Origin: a virus
Lineage: Duplodnaviria > Caudoviricetes
Virus record (IMG/VR): IMGVR_UViG_3300017766_003270
Span: 1-24,382 of that record
Strand: one strand, 5' to 3'
Length of the DNA stretch: 24,382 nt
In this document: positions 7,687-15,044 of the stretch, piece after piece
Layout: every line of letters starts with the position of its first letter
Numbering within the stretch: position 1 is the first letter of the stretch
Made by a program: the position numbers and the translations under genes
Notes under the pieces: model-generated
The model's input: only the letters and a program-made list of their open reading frames with translations
What the model was told of the DNA's origin: nothing
Databases searched by the model: none

Positions 7687-8066
7687 GATATTGACCTTTG
7701 TGCCTCTGCCGAGCAAACAATTAACTCGCAAACACCATTCAGCAGAATTTGAGGATTGACCTCATCTAGTTTTGAACCAGACAAGTCAAGGCCATGTTGC
7801 GCCACGCCAGATAAAGCAATACCTAATTTAGCTTTCCATTTCCACAGGCGGCGGCTGTTTTTTAGTACAACCGTCTCACCGTCTACACTCACCACCTCAC
7901 CAGCATGGACACCGGCGTTGGGGCATCGGGCAATGCAGAATTTGCCGATAAATTCAGCGTGTATGCTTTTCTTGGTGGACAAGTCGGGCTGGCCATTCTG
8001 AATAGAGCCAGAAAATAGTGCTGCGATTTGTTTCAATTCGCCGTATGTTAAGTTGTCAATGTTCAT
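7683..8066 (-). CDS. DUF6948-like protein
   Basis: IGKxCIxRxxxAGVHAG...LKNSRRLWxW...LSGVAxxG motif. Confidence 0.8.
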   Translation of the reverse strand: MNIDNLTYGELKQIAALFSGSIQNGQPDLSTKKSIHAEFIGKFCIARCPNAGVHAGEVVSVDGETVVLKNSRRLWKWKAKLGIALSGVAQHGLDLSGSKLDEVNPQILLNGVCELIVCSAEAQRSIS

Positions 8067-8194
8067 TTTTAATTTTCAATGTTGGTTAATGATTGCCCGT
8101 TTCCCCTGCTTATTCCCCGTAGATGTCATGGGCGCGAGTTTTTTGGCAGCAGGGGCTTTTTGCCATGATGGGCTTCACGGATTGGATTAGCCCA

Positions 8195-8356
8195 CTATTC
8201 AAAAACGATTGGCAACGGGTCGTATTCATTCCCCGTAAGTTCAATCTCTTGTACAAGGCCATCACCGTATTTGATGATGATGGTTACAAAGTCACGGTTT
8301 GGCAATTCGTCTCTCAGAAATTTAATTTCTTTCACGTTGTGGAACGATATATCCAT
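8195..8356 (-). CDS. Hypothetical protein, 53 aa (MDISFHNVKEIKFLRDE...)
   Basis: Hand translation; ATG 2 nt after the YqaJ stop, in operon orientation. Confidence 0.65.
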   Translation of the reverse strand: MDISFHNVKEIKFLRDELPNRDFVTIIIKYGDGLVQEIELTGNEYDPLPIVFE

Positions 8357-8358
8357 GA

Positions 8359-8964
8359 TCAAACCCCCAATTTCTCAATAATTTGCTGAATTTCAGCGAT
8401 AAACGCTGTTATTTCCGCTTCGAGCATTGAAATATATTCATCGTCTCGATCAACGCGACAAACGAACATTTCCAACCCTTCGGGCATGCGTGGGTCAAAG
8501 CTGACAAAGTCACACCACTGGCGGCCAGTGCAGGCCAGCTGCCACTGAATCTGGGGCATGTGCTTTTCAGGGCACTCCTTGGCCAGCAGCGTTTCAATGT
8601 GGGTTTTGGTGTTTGGACACTTAATCTCAATCAATCCATCATCACCCACCAATCCATCAGGGCTTGCGCCCGAGAAGTCAACAGTAGGATGATCGATAAA
8701 ACCAACCTCTGTCACCATGTTGCCGGAGAGTTCTTCGTACATGAAACGCGCATCAGCCTCATTTTCAACACCCCACGCCATTGCCGGCGTTTGGTATTTG
8801 TCGGCGGGAAGACCCGTTAAACGTTCGGCCACCAGCTGCATACGATAATCAGCACGCGCCTGCGCTTCCTTGCCGGTTTTGAGCTTGGCCAGCACGTTGC
8901 AGACGGCTGAGGCAGTCACCTTGCCCGTGCGGGCGGAGTACCATTCAAGGCTGCGTTGTTCCAT
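8359..8964 (-). CDS. YqaJ/lambda-exonuclease family recombination nuclease
   Basis: QRSxEWxxxRxGKVTAS, MxWGxxxE, GASPDGLV and EIKCP motifs. Confidence 0.93.
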   Translation of the reverse strand: MEQRSLEWYSARTGKVTASAVCNVLAKLKTGKEAQARADYRMQLVAERLTGLPADKYQTPAMAWGVENEADARFMYEELSGNMVTEVGFIDHPTVDFSGASPDGLVGDDGLIEIKCPNTKTHIETLLAKECPEKHMPQIQWQLACTGRQWCDFVSFDPRMPEGLEMFVCRVDRDDEYISMLEAEITAFIAEIQQIIEKLGV

Positions 8965-9551
8965 TATTTAGCCCCCCCATCCTCAGTGCCGGCGGCCTTG
9001 GCAGCGGCTTTCAAACTGTTGCCGTGGGTTTTCCACAGGCGGGCTTTATATGGCCCGCTGAGTGCCTTAAAAGCAGCCGCAAGGGCAGGCTCACCCGACA
9101 GGGCAGCATCACGCAAAGCATCGATGTTAGCGGCCTCATAGGCGGCATACTCGGCCTCAACGTCAACAGGCGGGGCTTCCGGCAAGTCTTCGCCAGCATA
9201 AATGTACAGGCCAAGACCGTGCATAGCTATGGCCTTCGCCAAGCAGCGCATCAGGTTCTTGTTGACAGCGAACGCATCAGGGTTAGCAATAGCCTTGTTC
9301 CGGTGATCCATCACCGGAAGAACGCACTGACGAGTGACGCCAAACACGGTGCAGGTTACCCCAACAAAACCCGTGCCATCTGGAAGTGATAGCACAATAG
9401 ACCCGCAATAGTTGATAGGCTCCCACGTTGCCAGCGGGTCGGCCTTGAGCACTTCGGCCCATGCCCATGCCCAGCTTAAGTAGCTGAGGCCGTTTTTGCT
9501 TTCAACGTGGGCGTTCACGTTGGTGGAAAGCAGTTTTTCTGTCGTCATCAT
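8964..9551 (-). CDS. sak: Sak/Rad52-like single-strand annealing protein (DUF1071)
   Basis: LSYLSWAWAW, LPVMDHRN and RCLAKAIAMHGLGLYIYAGEDLP motifs. Confidence 0.9.
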   Translation of the reverse strand: MMTTEKLLSTNVNAHVESKNGLSYLSWAWAWAEVLKADPLATWEPINYCGSIVLSLPDGTGFVGVTCTVFGVTRQCVLPVMDHRNKAIANPDAFAVNKNLMRCLAKAIAMHGLGLYIYAGEDLPEAPPVDVEAEYAAYEAANIDALRDAALSGEPALAAAFKALSGPYKARLWKTHGNSLKAAAKAAGTEDGGAK

Positions 9552-9612
9552 TGTCTCCAGTTATGCCCAAATGGGCGGGTTAAAAATCCCCTAGAGCGGG
9601 GCTGATAGATGA

Positions 9613-9639
9613 ACTATAACATAAAATTTATTTATACAA
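9613..9639 (-). promoter_or_regulatory. Leftward early promoter (extended -10)
   Basis: Minus strand TTGTAT...TGtTATAGT in an AT-rich divergent intergenic region. Confidence 0.5.
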
Positions 9640-9667
9640 TAGACAAATGCAAAATATTTTTACATTG

Positions 9668-9682
9668 TGGTATAATGACACC
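9668..9682 (+). promoter_or_regulatory. Rightward extended -10 promoter, leaderless
   Basis: TGgTATAAT (TATAAT at 9671-9676), 6 nt before ATG 9683; no SD. Confidence 0.65.
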
Positions 9683-9892
9683 ATGAACAACAACGAATTT
9701 CACCTTTTATTCATGTACGCCAAGCGCAAAGCCGGCAGCTTCAGAGCATTGGCCGAGCAGGTCGGAGCGCCCAGTTTTGCTAGCGTGCAGATGTGGGCAT
9801 ACAACGGCGTGCCACACAAGTACCGGATGAAGTTGATCGAACTGTTTGGCGATGAATTTAAGGCAACGCAGGAGGAGCCGGCGCCATTGTAG
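9683..9892 (+). CDS. Cro-like HTH regulator
   Basis: AGSFRALAEQVG...SVQMWxxxGVP pattern; first rightward gene at the divergent junction. Confidence 0.7.
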   Translation: MNNNEFHLLFMYAKRKAGSFRALAEQVGAPSFASVQMWAYNGVPHKYRMKLIELFGDEFKATQEEPAPL

Positions 9893-9903
9893 TAAAATGA
9901 AAT

Positions 9904-10010
9904 CTTGGCGGTTTATCAGTTGCGTGTACGAGACGCATTGACTGATAAGCCGCAAGGCTGACCCGTAAGACTCTGGAGCTCGTACCTCTAGGTTTTACGG
10001 GTTTTTTTTT
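9904..10010 (+). promoter_or_regulatory. Structured leader: two hairpins with complementary loops, ending in a terminator-like U-tract
   Basis: Stems 9908-9925/9933-9953 and 9961-9978/9986-10002; loops GTACGAG and CTCGTAC; T9 run; TAAAAT at 9893-9898. Confidence 0.75.
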
Positions 10011-10021
10011 GGAGTCAATCC

Positions 10022-10816
10022 ATGAGTACACAAATGATGGCCAAGATTTGGCCGTTACAAATGCCAACAGTTGCTAAGGCGGTTTATATATCGCTTGCCG
10101 ACAACGCCAACGACCACGGCCTATGCTGGCCGTCAATCCCTACAATTTCAAAGCGGGTATGTGCGAGCGAAAGGGCGGTTTACAACGCCATTAAATGGCT
10201 TGAGAAAAACAACGCTTTGACCAAAAACCATAATGCGGGAAAGAGCACACATTACACGTTAACCCCTGAATTATATTCACCCCTGACAGATAGTCACCCC
10301 TGCACGACGTTCACCCCACCCCTGCACGACGTTCACCCCACCCCTGCACCAAGTGCAGTACACCCCTGCACCACGTTCACCCAAACCGTAATAGAACCAT
10401 CATTGAACCGTAAAAGAACCGTAAATATTAAAGAGCCCAATTTGCTTGAAGGCGTGGATGAAGATGTGGCCGCAGATTTTCAAAAGCTACGCAAAGCAAA
10501 AAAAGCACCGTTGACTAAAACGGCTATCAAGGCAATTCAAACCGAAGCGGAAAAAGCCGGCATGACTTTAGAGCAGGCGTTAACTGTTTGTTGCCAAAGA
10601 GGATGGGTTGGATTCAAAGCGGCATGGGTAGAGAATGATTCGCCCAATTCAAAGCCGCAGGTTTTGAGCTTCAGAGAGCGTGACGAGCTTGCAAAGCGCA
10701 AGTCGTGGGAAGAAATGACCGGCAGGAAATGGCCGGAGGAAGATAGCAGGGAAGTGATCGACATGAATTTCACGGCAGGACTACTGGAGCACGACAATGA
10801 CACCGAAAGCAATTGA
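10022..10816 (+). CDS. Phage replication initiator (N-terminal HTH_36-like domain)
   Basis: LADNANDHGLCWPSIPTI motif, central iteron-coded region, C-terminal RKAKKAPLT...RGWxGFKAxW. Confidence 0.88.
   Translation: MSTQMMAKIWPLQMPTVAKAVYISLADNANDHGLCWPSIPTISKRVCASERAVYNAIKWLEKNNALTKNHNAGKSTHYTLTPELYSPLTDSHPCTTFTPPLHDVHPTPAPSAVHPCTTFTQTVIEPSLNRKRTVNIKEPNLLEGVDEDVAADFQKLRKAKKAPLTKTAIKAIQTEAEKAGMTLEQALTVCCQRGWVGFKAAWVENDSPNSKPQVLSFRERDELAKRKSWEEMTGRKWPEEDSREVIDMNFTAGLLEHDNDTESN
10262..10382 (+). repeat. Replication-origin iterons within the initiator gene
   Basis: ACCCCTG core at 10262, 10279, 10296, 10318, 10340 and 10362; the last four are 22 bp apart; A-rich tract follows. Confidence 0.8.
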
Positions 10817-11243
10817 CCGACTATTTGAGCGCCTACAACTGACATACGGGCAGGCGTGGTTAAAACTTTGGGATGGCATCCCGATCAATGAAGTCAAAAC
10901 ACAATGGGCGCATGAGCTTTCAAGTTTTAACGAGCATCTTGATATGGTTGCTTGGGCGCTGGAGCATTTACCAGAGCGCCCACCAAACGTGATCCAGTTC
11001 AAGAATTTATGCAGGATGGCACCAAAGCCAGAGCCCATGCAAGAACTACCACCCCCGAAGCCCGACCCTAGCCGCCTACGGATGGAGCTGGAGAAACTCG
11101 GGGCGCTAAAGACCGCAAGCCAGCAGGCCAAGACCGACGGCAAAGAATGGGCACGCATCATTTTGGCCAAACATGAAAACGGCCAGCGCATACCAAGCAT
11201 TAATTTGCGTTTTGCGAGTGATGCGTTGGGGGTGGTTGTATGA
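10797..11243 (+). CDS. Replication accessory protein (lambda P position)
   Basis: IDRLFERLxxTYG...WAHEL...LPERPPNVIQFKNLCR; overlaps the initiator end. Confidence 0.7.
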   Translation: MTPKAIDRLFERLQLTYGQAWLKLWDGIPINEVKTQWAHELSSFNEHLDMVAWALEHLPERPPNVIQFKNLCRMAPKPEPMQELPPPKPDPSRLRMELEKLGALKTASQQAKTDGKEWARIILAKHENGQRIPSINLRFASDALGVVV

Positions 11244-11443
11244 CTTGCCCCGCATGTGAAAAACGCCTCAAACATGGCTTAACAGGCCATTACGAGGCAT
11301 CATGCCTTGAGTGTTGCGCCCGACTGGTTAAAAGTACCAGACCGCTGCGAGTGCAAGCCGAGTGCATGCTTGGATTTATCGAGCGCTTTGCAAGTGCGCC
11401 ACTGAGAAAAGACATTTTGAGAAGGTTGAAGGAGATTATTTGA
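11240..11443 (+). CDS. Small Cys-rich hypothetical protein
   Basis: CxxC...CxxCC; coupled to both neighbours. Confidence 0.7.
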   Translation: MTCPACEKRLKHGLTGHYEASCLECCARLVKSTRPLRVQAECMLGFIERFASAPLRKDILRRLKEII

Positions 11444-11853
11444 TGGAGCGATTACTAATCACACTGGCCGAGCCGGCGGCGGCGCACAAAGCACTAAGCA
11501 CGGTAGTTTGGCCATATCTTAAAAATGCTTTGTTGGCAGATCAAAAAATGGTGATCGAAGTACGGCAAGAGCAAAGAAGCCTAGATCAAAACCGCAGGCT
11601 TTGGGCCATGCTCACCGACGTATCAAACCAAGTGATTTGGTACGGCCAGACGCTGACGGCTGAGGAATGGAAGCACGTGTTTACAGCAGCGCAGACAAAG
11701 CAACGGGTTGTGCCAGGCATCGAGGGGGGATTTGTCGCGCTTGGACAGTCCACCAGCAAAATGACGAAAGCAGAAATGAGCGAGCTTCAAACGCTCATCG
11801 AGGCATTCGGGGCGCAGCAAGGGGTTAAATTTACAGCATGGGAAATTAAATGA
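11443..11853 (+). CDS. ninB: NinB/Orf family recombination protein
   Basis: RSLDQNRRLWAMLTDVSxQVxW...EEWK...VPGIEGGFV...STSKM motifs; GGAG SD, TGATG coupling. Confidence 0.92.
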   Translation: MERLLITLAEPAAAHKALSTVVWPYLKNALLADQKMVIEVRQEQRSLDQNRRLWAMLTDVSNQVIWYGQTLTAEEWKHVFTAAQTKQRVVPGIEGGFVALGQSTSKMTKAEMSELQTLIEAFGAQQGVKFTAWEIK

Positions 11854-11927
11854 ATTTTGAATTCGAGAGGCCGGAACCACAATCACCGCGAGGAATTAGC
11901 ACATTGGCCAAATTTATGGGTATCACC

Positions 11928-11980
11928 CGGCAGGCAAACGGCAGGCAAACGGCAGGCAAACGGCAGGCAAACGGCAGGCA
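11928..11980 (+). repeat. 11-bp tandem repeat CGGCAGGCAAA, about 4.8 copies
   Basis: Perfect copies starting at 11928, 11939, 11950 and 11961; partial copy at 11972. Confidence 0.95.
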
Positions 11981-12043
11981 CCTACTTGCCTAAATATGCC
12001 AATAATAGGGAACCATGTTCAATAAACCCCAAAGAGGTAAAAC

Positions 12044-12256
12044 ATGGCTACAAAGACTTTTCAAGCAACCCCGCTGGCACTAGAAACCCGGGCCGCGTTA
12101 CCCACAAACGAGGCCGCTTTTCACCTTAATCGAGCTGAACAAACACTAAGGCTTTGGGCCATGCAAAATGATGGCCCCGTTAAATGTATTCGAGTGCATG
12201 GCCGCTTACAGTGGCCTGTAGACCAAATAAAAAAGGTGATGGGGGTGAACCTATGA
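12044..12256 (+). CDS. Excisionase/AlpA-like winged-HTH DNA-binding protein
   Basis: TxEAAFHLNRxxQTLRLWA...IRVHGRLxWPVxxI; GAGG SD. Confidence 0.8.
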   Translation: MATKTFQATPLALETRAALPTNEAAFHLNRAEQTLRLWAMQNDGPVKCIRVHGRLQWPVDQIKKVMGVNL

Positions 12257-12459
12257 AAAAGGCCCCACACCGAACCAACAGTACAGGGGCCTTTGTACAA
12301 CTAACTTTACTTGAAACACCTGCATTTTGCCACAAAATGCCCACCCAATACGGAGAACGCAACCCAGCCGGCATAAACGAAGTAGCTGAAAGTTTAGGGG
12401 ACAAAAATAACAGGTATTTATGTCCCAAAAAAAAATTTATAAATAGTACACTAAGTTGA
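12253..12459 (+). CDS. Hypothetical protein, possibly a truncated remnant
   Basis: ATGA overlap with the xis-like gene; 3' part runs into AT-rich sequence. Confidence 0.35.
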   Translation: MKKAPHRTNSTGAFVQLTLLETPAFCHKMPTQYGERNPAGINEVAESLGDKNNRYLCPKKKFINSTLS

Positions 12460-12475
12460 TTTCACGCTTGAAATC

Positions 12476-13036
12476 ATGAAGTCTAAAAAATGCAAAACCT
12501 GCGCCGAGCAGTTCACCCCGAGCAGACCACTTCAGCAGGTATGCGGGGCGGTGTGTGCGATGAAGCTGGCAAGGAAGAAGACCGAGCAAGCACACAAGCA
12601 GGAGCAACGAAGAGACGCAACCGAGATCAGAAAACGCCTAGACGCTATGCAGACCAAGCCTCAATTATTAAAAAAGGCGCAGTCGGCGTTTAACGGGTTT
12701 ATACGGGCAAGGGATGAGCGCAAGCCATGTATCAGTTGTGGCGCACCGCTCAACCTTGACAAGTTGGGCGGGGCGTTTGATTGTGGACACTACCGAAGCG
12801 TTGGCAGTAGCCCACACCTACGATTTGACGAGCGCAACGCCCACGGACAGTGCAAGCACTGCAATCGATATCTGGCCGGCAACCATGTTGCCTATCGGCA
12901 AGGGCTCATCGAGCGCATAGGACTGGCACAAGTGGAGGCACTTGAGGCAGATCAGACAGAGCGCAGGCACACGAAGCACGAGCTGGAGCGTATGGCGATA
13001 GAGTACAGGGCAAGAGCGAGAGCACAAAAAAAATAA
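12476..13036 (+). CDS. ninG: NinG/Rap family recombination nuclease
   Basis: KCKTC...QQVC; AQxAFNxFIRARD, CISCG, DCGHYRSVG and NAHGQCKHCN motifs. Confidence 0.93.
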   Translation: MKSKKCKTCAEQFTPSRPLQQVCGAVCAMKLARKKTEQAHKQEQRRDATEIRKRLDAMQTKPQLLKKAQSAFNGFIRARDERKPCISCGAPLNLDKLGGAFDCGHYRSVGSSPHLRFDERNAHGQCKHCNRYLAGNHVAYRQGLIERIGLAQVEALEADQTERRHTKHELERMAIEYRARARAQKK

Positions 13037-13054
13037 AAATAATTTATAAAAGTG

Positions 13055-13082
13055 TTGACAATATAAAATTATTTGATATAGT
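13055..13082 (+). promoter_or_regulatory. Strong sigma70-like promoter of the accessory operon
   Basis: TTGACA (13055-13060), 16-nt spacer, TATAGT (13077-13082), with an AT-rich upstream element. Confidence 0.7.
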
Positions 13083-13115
13083 TACATCATCGACAACAAA
13101 CAAACGGAGAAGATG

Positions 13116-13469
13116 ATGGCTTATATGAACCAAGAGAAAAAAGCGAAAATTGCAGCGGTATTAAAAAACGTAGTTCCTAAAGGTTGGAAGTACAGCTTGG
13201 CAGTTCGTGACTATCGAGTTATTGAAATGACAATCAGCGCAGCGCCAATAGATTTGCTTGCGGCGGTTGGGCAGACAGAAGCGTCAAGTTATTGTTTTGC
13301 AATTGAAACCAAAGTTGCAGAAGTAACCGAAGCATTTAAAAAAATATTCAATGCGCTGAACACCGACAACTATAACCGCAGCGACATCATGACCGATTAT
13401 TTTGATGTTGGCCACTATGTACGCTTGAACATTGGCAAATGGAATAAACCCTTCAAATTGGCAGCATAA
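13116..13469 (+). CDS. Conserved phage early protein (LPD29-like SDxMTDYF motif)
   Basis: GGAG SD; C-terminal NYNRSDIMTDYFDVGHY. Confidence 0.7.
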   Translation: MAYMNQEKKAKIAAVLKNVVPKGWKYSLAVRDYRVIEMTISAAPIDLLAAVGQTEASSYCFAIETKVAEVTEAFKKIFNALNTDNYNRSDIMTDYFDVGHYVRLNIGKWNKPFKLAA

Positions 13470-13474
13470 GCAAA

Positions 13475-13488
13475 GCCCCGAAAGGGGC
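13475..13488 (+). other. GNRA-loop hairpin GCCCC-GAAA-GGGGC
   Basis: Perfect 5-bp stem in the intergenic gap; no U-tract follows. Confidence 0.5.
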
Positions 13489-13501
13489 ATTGAAAGGCAA
13501 T

Positions 13502-13867
13502 ATGAGAAAAGTAAAAATATCAGGCGTTGAATACCACAGCGCAAACACCCAAGCCGGCATCGAGGATTTTCTAATCCGCAGCGGACTTATTAAAACGCCC
13601 GAGTTCCGCAAAGCAGATAATTGTGAGGCTGCGTTGTTCATCAGCTGGTACGAGTCATTGGGGTACAAGCAATTAAGAGAACCGGACTACAGCGCAAAAA
13701 GTTACAAGGACGGCTGGGGCATATGCGTTAGGTATTACTACGAGCGGGACGCAATTGCAACCAGGCGCAGCGGGCGCATGCCGGCGGAAGAGTTTGAGCA
13801 GGCATTTCTCAAAAAGATTCTGAAGCCGCTTGGCATGCCAAAAATGCACACGGGCGCACGGTGCTAG
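13502..13867 (+). CDS. Hypothetical protein
   Basis: 121-aa ORF in operon orientation. Confidence 0.65.
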   Translation: MRKVKISGVEYHSANTQAGIEDFLIRSGLIKTPEFRKADNCEAALFISWYESLGYKQLREPDYSAKSYKDGWGICVRYYYERDAIATRRSGRMPAEEFEQAFLKKILKPLGMPKMHTGARC

Positions 13868-13885
13868 GTAAAAAGGAAGAAGCAA

Positions 13886-14173
13886 ATGGAAATCATAAAT
13901 AAACTGTTAAAAATCTCAAACAAAGAGAACGCCAAAACGATTGATGAAGCGATAGCTTACATGCGGGAGCTGTAGGCTGAGCGAGATGAAGAGATGGCCG
14001 AGCGCATTAGGTTGGAGGAGCACTTGCATATCGCTCGCCGGTTTTTGTCTGGCATCAGTGCGGAGATTCATCTGCAACTTGTAAAGGCTGATAAAGCAAA
14101 CTGGCAGGACATGCTGCAAGAGCTGGGGGATTTACAAAAAAAATTGGCTTACACGCAGGAGACAAAAAAGTGA
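13886..14173 (+). pseudogene. Coiled-coil protein gene interrupted by one in-frame TAG
   Basis: MEIINKLL...YMREL*AERDEEM...QETKK; TAG at 13973-13975; AAGGA SD; final stop overlaps the next GTG. Confidence 0.65.
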
Positions 14174-14577
14174 TATCAAAAATTACACAATCGGCCAACG
14201 GCGTTCATTTGATTGTCGAGCGCAGTAAAGAAGAAGCGCAGCTTGATAAGGTTGATATTTACACAATTCCATTCCATAAATGGGAAGTTGCAGAAAGTGT
14301 TGTAATTGAAGGTTTGCAGCGTTGTGGAATTGGTTTGAAAAATACCCAAGAAACCCACACGCAGCGGCTGGCAGTGTTATTTATGGCACTAGAGCAATGC
14401 ACACGGGAGCAAGTAGACAGCATTGTCAAACGCTGGAGCGAACTCGAGTACACGCAGTTGCGGGCGCTTTACGAGCTTGTTGAGGGCGACGACCCATTGA
14501 ACGAAACTGAGCGAACATTTGGGGGGTGCGCCGGCTGGCGTGCTGCAATTCTTTGGGGATTAGCAAGAAGAGTTTAA
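14170..14577 (+). CDS. Hypothetical protein, DUF3780-like paralogue 1
   Basis: RLAVLFMALE...RWSEL...QLRALYEL...GWRAAILWGL. Confidence 0.65.
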   Translation: MISKITQSANGVHLIVERSKEEAQLDKVDIYTIPFHKWEVAESVVIEGLQRCGIGLKNTQETHTQRLAVLFMALEQCTREQVDSIVKRWSELEYTQLRALYELVEGDDPLNETERTFGGCAGWRAAILWGLARRV

Positions 14578-14594
14578 TAAAAAAGGGGTAAAAA

Positions 14595-15026
14595 ATGGAA
14601 AGACTTGCAGCAAGAATCACAAAATCCCGAGCGGTGGTTAAATTATTGGTGGCAGAAAACTTGACATCAAAAACGGAAACGATTGACGAGGTAGTATGTT
14701 ATGCAATCGGTGCCGAAATTTGGGAAACCATAAAAGAAAAAGTTGACGAAGACGCAAAATTGAATGAGTATTCAATGCCTTGTACTGAATATCCGTATGG
14801 TGTGAAACGGTTAACCATTTTATTTCTTGCGCTCAGATACCCACACATCGGGCTGAAAAAAGAAGATGACGCGAGAGATAACAAAACTTTTTGTGAATAC
14901 GTTTTAAAAAATTGGGCGCAATTGACTAAAGAGCAGATTGAAGCACTTTACAGTTTGGCCAACGAGCATACCGGATTGATTGAATGGAGGACAGCAATAC
15001 AAAATGCGATGTGCGGAATTTTCTGA
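14595..15026 (+). CDS. Hypothetical protein, DUF3780-like paralogue 2
   Basis: RLTILFLAL...NWAQL...QIEALYSL...EWRTAIQNAM. Confidence 0.65.
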   Translation: MERLAARITKSRAVVKLLVAENLTSKTETIDEVVCYAIGAEIWETIKEKVDEDAKLNEYSMPCTEYPYGVKRLTILFLALRYPHIGLKKEDDARDNKTFCEYVLKNWAQLTKEQIEALYSLANEHTGLIEWRTAIQNAMCGIF

Positions 15027-15030
15027 AACG

Positions 15031-15039
15031 TGTTATAAT
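15031..15039 (+). promoter_or_regulatory. Extended -10 promoter TGtTATAAT upstream of the structured RNA region
   Basis: Consensus extended -10 lying 5 nt before the first hairpin. Confidence 0.65.
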
Positions 15040-15044
15040 TAAAT

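Noticed and set aside
8123-8389. Plus-strand 88-aa ORF
   Set aside because: Antisense to the operon and to a better-coupled 53-aa minus-strand ORF
9565-9602. Lambda nut-like boxA/boxB on the minus strand (CGCTCTAG ... GCCC-ATTT-GGGC)
   Set aside because: Weak match, the loop is not purine-rich, and no N-like gene was recognised
11928-11980. CRISPR array
   Set aside because: The 11-bp units are contiguous with no spacers, and no cas genes are present
13973-13975. Genome-wide TAG reassignment
   Set aside because: TAG ends several genes cleanly (3823, 9892, 13867, 23226, 23621), and long genes have no internal TAG
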